Below, piece after piece: positions 24,286 through 27,479 of a DNA stretch of 27,479 nucleotides. Numbering within the stretch: position 1 is the stretch's first letter; each line of letters begins with the position of its first letter. Below the pieces are notes generated by a model that was given only the letters and a program-made list of their open reading frames with translations, was not told the DNA's origin and did no database searches. This stretch comes from Dehalococcoidia bacterium (GTDB lineage: Bacteria > Chloroflexota > Dehalococcoidia > Tepidiformales > Tepidiformaceae), in contig JALOAP010000001.1 of assembly GCA_023228745.1 (NCBI GenBank), positions 1-27,479 on the forward strand. Reading direction: 5' to 3'. The position numbers and the translations under genes were made by a program.

Positions 24286-24873
24286 TCAGGCCCCGGGCAC
24301 GGTGGCGGGAAAGACATCGGCGACGGGCAGTGAGAAGCCCTCGACCGGGAAACCGGCGTCGTCGCTGGTGAGTATTCCGCCTTCGACGAACCGGTGCGAA
24401 TCGCCGTTTGGGCGGTGGACCGTGATGGACCGCCCCGCAGGCCGGACGAGCCACACGCGCTTGGCCCCGGCGGTGAGGTATTCCTGTGCTTTCATCTCGC
24501 TGTCGCGCTCGAGGTCGGAAGGGGAGATCACCTCGATGGCGAGCGTCGGCGGGCCGGGGAAGTAGCCGATAGGTTCACCGGCCTTCGCGAGTGTCGCCGC
24601 ATCAATCCAGTACACATCTGGCGCAACTATGCGGTCGGGGTTCTCGCGCAGCAGGAAGCCAGTCTCGAACTGGACAACGCCCAGTTCGTGCGCCTCCACG
24701 AACGCGTCGAGGGCACGGAAGACGCGGCGCGCGAACACGCCATGTTGGAACGCGGGTGGGGGCATGTGGATCACCTCACCGTCGAACAGCTCCATCCGCC
24801 TGCCCTCCGGGTCGTCGGGCAGGTGCATGAACTCCTCGGCGGTGAGGAGCCGGGGCCGGGATGCCGTCGTCAT
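24286..24873 (-). CDS. Uma2-family (PD-(D/E)xK) putative endonuclease
   Basis: MELFDGEV, APDVYW, PTLAIEVISPSD, KAQEYLTAGAKRVWLV; likely start ATG at 24873 (alternative 24882). Confidence 0.92.
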   Translation of the reverse strand: MTTASRPRLLTAEEFMHLPDDPEGRRMELFDGEVIHMPPPAFQHGVFARRVFRALDAFVEAHELGVVQFETGFLLRENPDRIVAPDVYWIDAATLAKAGEPIGYFPGPPTLAIEVISPSDLERDSEMKAQEYLTAGAKRVWLVRPAGRSITVHRPNGDSHRFVEGGILTSDDAGFPVEGFSLPVADVFPATVPGA

Positions 24874-24930
24874 AGCGCTCATCCTACCGCAACCGCGGCG
24901 ATTCTACTCGCGTACGACCCGCACGGAGCG

Positions 24931-26190
24931 TCAGACGGCCAGCTTCACGTCGGTGATACCGGGCACCGGATAGGCACGGGCGAACTCGGCGACTTCCTGC
25001 CGCACCGTCTCGCGTACGCCATCGCCATCCGGGTCCTTCACCACGCGCAGGATCCAGCCGGCCACGCGCTTCATCTCGTCCGGGCCCATGTCGCGCGAGG
25101 TCAACGCCGGTGTACCGAGCCGCAGTCCGCTGCCCACGTAGGGCGGGCGCTCGTCGTAGGGGATCGTGTTCCGGTTGGTGATGATCCCCGCTCCCTGGAG
25201 TGCGTTCTGCGCCTTCAGGCCGCTGATCCCGACGGAGTTGCAGTCCGCGAGCAGCAGGTGGTTATCGGTCCCGCCCGAAACGAGCCGCAGCCCGCCCGCC
25301 TGCAGCGCCTCCGCGAGCGCCTTCGCATTTTCGACGATGCGGCGCGCGTAGTCTGCGAACTCCGGCTGTAGTGCCTCGGCGAAGGCCACCGCCTTCCCGG
25401 CGATCGAGTGCATGTGGGGGCCGCCCTGTGTGCCGGGGAACACGGCCTTGTCGATCGCCTCGGCCAGCGCCGCCGTCGAGAGGATCATGCCGCCGCGTGG
25501 GCCGCGCAGGGTCTTGTGCGTCGTGGTCGTGATCATGTCGGCATGCGGCACGGGCGAGTCGTGCTGGCCGCCGGCGATGAGCCCGGCAATGTGCGACATA
25601 TCGACCATGAGCAGCGCGCCGCACGCCTTCGCCACCTGGGCGAAAGCCGCGAAATCGATCTTCCGCGGGTAGGCGGTGTAACCGGCGACGATGACCTTCG
25701 GCTTCGATTCGAGCGCGAGCTTGCGTACGGCAGCCATGTCGATGACTTCCGATTCGCGGTCGACGCTGTAGGGAACGAAGTTGTAGAGCCGCCCGCTGAA
25801 GTTGACCGGCGAGCCGTGCGTCAGGTGGCCACCCTGGTCGAGGCTGAGGCCCATGATGGTGTCACCCGGTTCGACCGTGGCCAGGTAGGCGGCCATGTTC
25901 GCTTCCGCACCGGAGGTGGACTGCACGTTCGCGTGTTCGGCGCCGAAGAGCTGCTTCGCGCGGTCGATAGCGAGCGATTCGAGGCGATCGCTGTGCTGGT
26001 TGCCCGCGTAGTAGCGCTTACCCGGGTAGCCCTCGGCGTACTTATTGGTGAAGACGGAGCCAGTGGCTTCGAGGACGGCTGCCGAGGCGTAGTTCTCGCT
26101 CGCGATCATCTCGAGCGATTCGACCTGGCGCGTCCGCTCGTCGGCGATGATTGCGGCGACATCGGGGTCGCGCTGCGAAAGGGCGCTCAT
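24931..26190 (-). CDS. glyA: Serine hydroxymethyltransferase
   Basis: LEMIASEN, NKYAEGYPGKRYYAG, GGHLTHG, DMSHIAGL, PLP-lysine motif TTTTHKTLRGPRGG, FPGTQGGP, GGTDNHL; GGAGG SD. Confidence 0.99.
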   Translation of the reverse strand: MSALSQRDPDVAAIIADERTRQVESLEMIASENYASAAVLEATGSVFTNKYAEGYPGKRYYAGNQHSDRLESLAIDRAKQLFGAEHANVQSTSGAEANMAAYLATVEPGDTIMGLSLDQGGHLTHGSPVNFSGRLYNFVPYSVDRESEVIDMAAVRKLALESKPKVIVAGYTAYPRKIDFAAFAQVAKACGALLMVDMSHIAGLIAGGQHDSPVPHADMITTTTHKTLRGPRGGMILSTAALAEAIDKAVFPGTQGGPHMHSIAGKAVAFAEALQPEFADYARRIVENAKALAEALQAGGLRLVSGGTDNHLLLADCNSVGISGLKAQNALQGAGIITNRNTIPYDERPPYVGSGLRLGTPALTSRDMGPDEMKRVAGWILRVVKDPDGDGVRETVRQEVAEFARAYPVPGITDVKLAV

Positions 26191-26316
26191 AGGGCCTCCG
26201 GGTGCGCTTGGGGGATGAGCGGATCGTACCAGAGGCGTGGGTGTGGGTCAGGGTGATGCAGGCGGCGGGCACTTGCGCTTCTCCGATGCCGGCGGAGGCC
26301 GCTCACCAAGTCCGGC

Positions 26317-27228
26317 TTAGTCCTCGTCCGTGAAGAAGTCGGTGTCGATTTTTCGAACCTCGTAGACCGCCTTGGTGGTCACACCGAGGCCGACGTCGTA
26401 CATCATTGCCGCCAGCTGCTGCCCATCCACGAGGACGATCCGCTCGTTCATCCGCTCCGCGTCAGAGTAGGCGTCTCGCGTGAAAGTGGACGATGTAATG
26501 AGTACGCCCTTTTTGGCGCGGTGTGCCGCGAGGGCGCCGGCGAAAGCGCGAACTACAGGTGCACCGACACTCCCTTCCCAGCGTTTCGCCTGGATGTACA
26601 CGAGGTCGAGTCCTAGCTTGTCTTCTTTGATAACGCCGTCGATCCCGCCGTCTCCACTGCGCCCGAGGGTTTCGCCAGAATCTGGTGTGCCACCGTAGCC
26701 CAACCTCAGTAGGAGTTGCACCACCAGCCGCTCGAAGAACGCCGGTGACATCGCTTTGACGGCTCGCAGCAACTCATCCTCGATGGAAGCCCGGATGCGC
26801 TCGTAACTGGTGTCCAATTCCTCTTCGGGGTCGAGTGGGATCGGCACGGCAGCAACGGACGCATCGCCCCGCTTGGCTCTCGAACTCCCCCTCCACTCTC
26901 GCATCTCGGGGAAGCGGTCCGTGAGCAGTCGCGTGCTAAGGGATGGAAGACTCTCTTCGAGGACCTGTTTCCCCCGGGAAGTGATACGAACCGTGCCACG
27001 TGCTTCAGATTTCAATAGCCCGGCCTTGAGGAGGTAAGCCCTCGCCCAGTGGACGCGGCTGCGAAAGAGGGGCCCCTTCCCGGAGGGCCGCAACTGTGTT
27101 CGCTCCGATTCCGAAAGTCGGAACTCGTCTGCGAGCGCTCGGTGCAGTTCCGAGATCGAGTAGGTATCGCCATCGGAAATGTGCTTCAAGAGGGGAAGCA
27201 TCAACGTTTCGTAGTCAGGAATGGCCAA
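26317..27228 (-). CDS. mrr: Mrr-family type IV restriction endonuclease
   Basis: MAIPDYETLMLPLL N-terminal domain, FRSRVHWARAYL, FFERLVVQLL, SGDGGIDGVI, IQAKRW, GVLITSSTF; TTG start with a GGAGG SD. Confidence 0.95.
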   Translation of the reverse strand: MAIPDYETLMLPLLKHISDGDTYSISELHRALADEFRLSESERTQLRPSGKGPLFRSRVHWARAYLLKAGLLKSEARGTVRITSRGKQVLEESLPSLSTRLLTDRFPEMREWRGSSRAKRGDASVAAVPIPLDPEEELDTSYERIRASIEDELLRAVKAMSPAFFERLVVQLLLRLGYGGTPDSGETLGRSGDGGIDGVIKEDKLGLDLVYIQAKRWEGSVGAPVVRAFAGALAAHRAKKGVLITSSTFTRDAYSDAERMNERIVLVDGQQLAAMMYDVGLGVTTKAVYEVRKIDTDFFTDED

Positions 27229-27329
27229 CTCGCTCCTCCCGCCGTAAAGGCGCCCCGATTATCCCCGTCGGCCGGTGTACCGCAACCTGGGGCGTGTCGA
27301 TACGCTACCCCTTACCCGCCCGCCCTTTG

Positions 27330-27335
27330 TACAAT
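27330..27335 (+). promoter_or_regulatory. Candidate -10 box (TACAAT) of the tRNA gene
   Basis: TACAAT ends 7 nt before the mature tRNA 5' end. Confidence 0.6.
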
Positions 27336-27342
27336 CACAGGT

Positions 27343-27430
27343 GGAGAGGTGTCCGAGTGGTTGATGGTGCCGCTCTCGAAAAGCGGTGTGCAGCGATGCA
27401 CCGGGAGTTCGAATCTCCCCCTCTCCGCCA
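27343..27430 (+). tRNA. tRNA-Ser (anticodon CGA)
   Basis: Acceptor stem GGAGAGG/CCTCTCC, anticodon arm CCGCT-CTCGAAA-AGCGG, long variable arm GTGCA-GCGA-TGCAC, T-arm GGGAG-TTCGAAT-CTCCC, discriminator G, encoded CCA. Confidence 0.98.
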
Positions 27431-27479
27431 CTTTCCCACCCTTCCCCTCCCCACCCCCCAATTTACGATTCACGAACAG

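Noticed and set aside
26191-26316. ZTP (pfl) riboswitch upstream of glyA, also looked for upstream of purF and purL
   Set aside because: An extended -10 (TGGTACGAT) leaves only about a 25-nt leader for glyA, the purF leader is about 40 nt, and purL looks leaderless; no pfl consensus was seen.

Overview
GC-rich bacterial chromosomal window. Gene style suggests Chloroflexota, probably a Tepidiforma-like Dehalococcoidia lineage (inference, not verified). The backbone is housekeeping: purF, purL, ppa, glyA, a PAC2-family protein and tRNA-Ser(CGA). It also carries an ArsR/SulP divergon, a GH1 beta-glucosidase, a small Wzy/Wzz-like/GT4/MFS envelope module, two unusual lipoproteins (Pro-rich lysozyme-like; HEXXH zincin-like), a Tat two-domain multicopper oxidase, PAP2, Uma2 and Mrr nucleases. 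The most notable items are: (1) a stand-alone 91-aa polymorphic-toxin-tip-like gene with an ATGA-coupled immunity-like gene directly behind the purL stop codon; (2) a TA-like two-gene module whose second gene is split by a single -1 frameshift; (3) heptamer-armed palindromes just after stop codons; (4) a recurring TANNNT-6nt-start-codon (leaderless) promoter layout. No CRISPR array, rRNA or transposase was seen. All family assignments come from motif recognition, not database searches.
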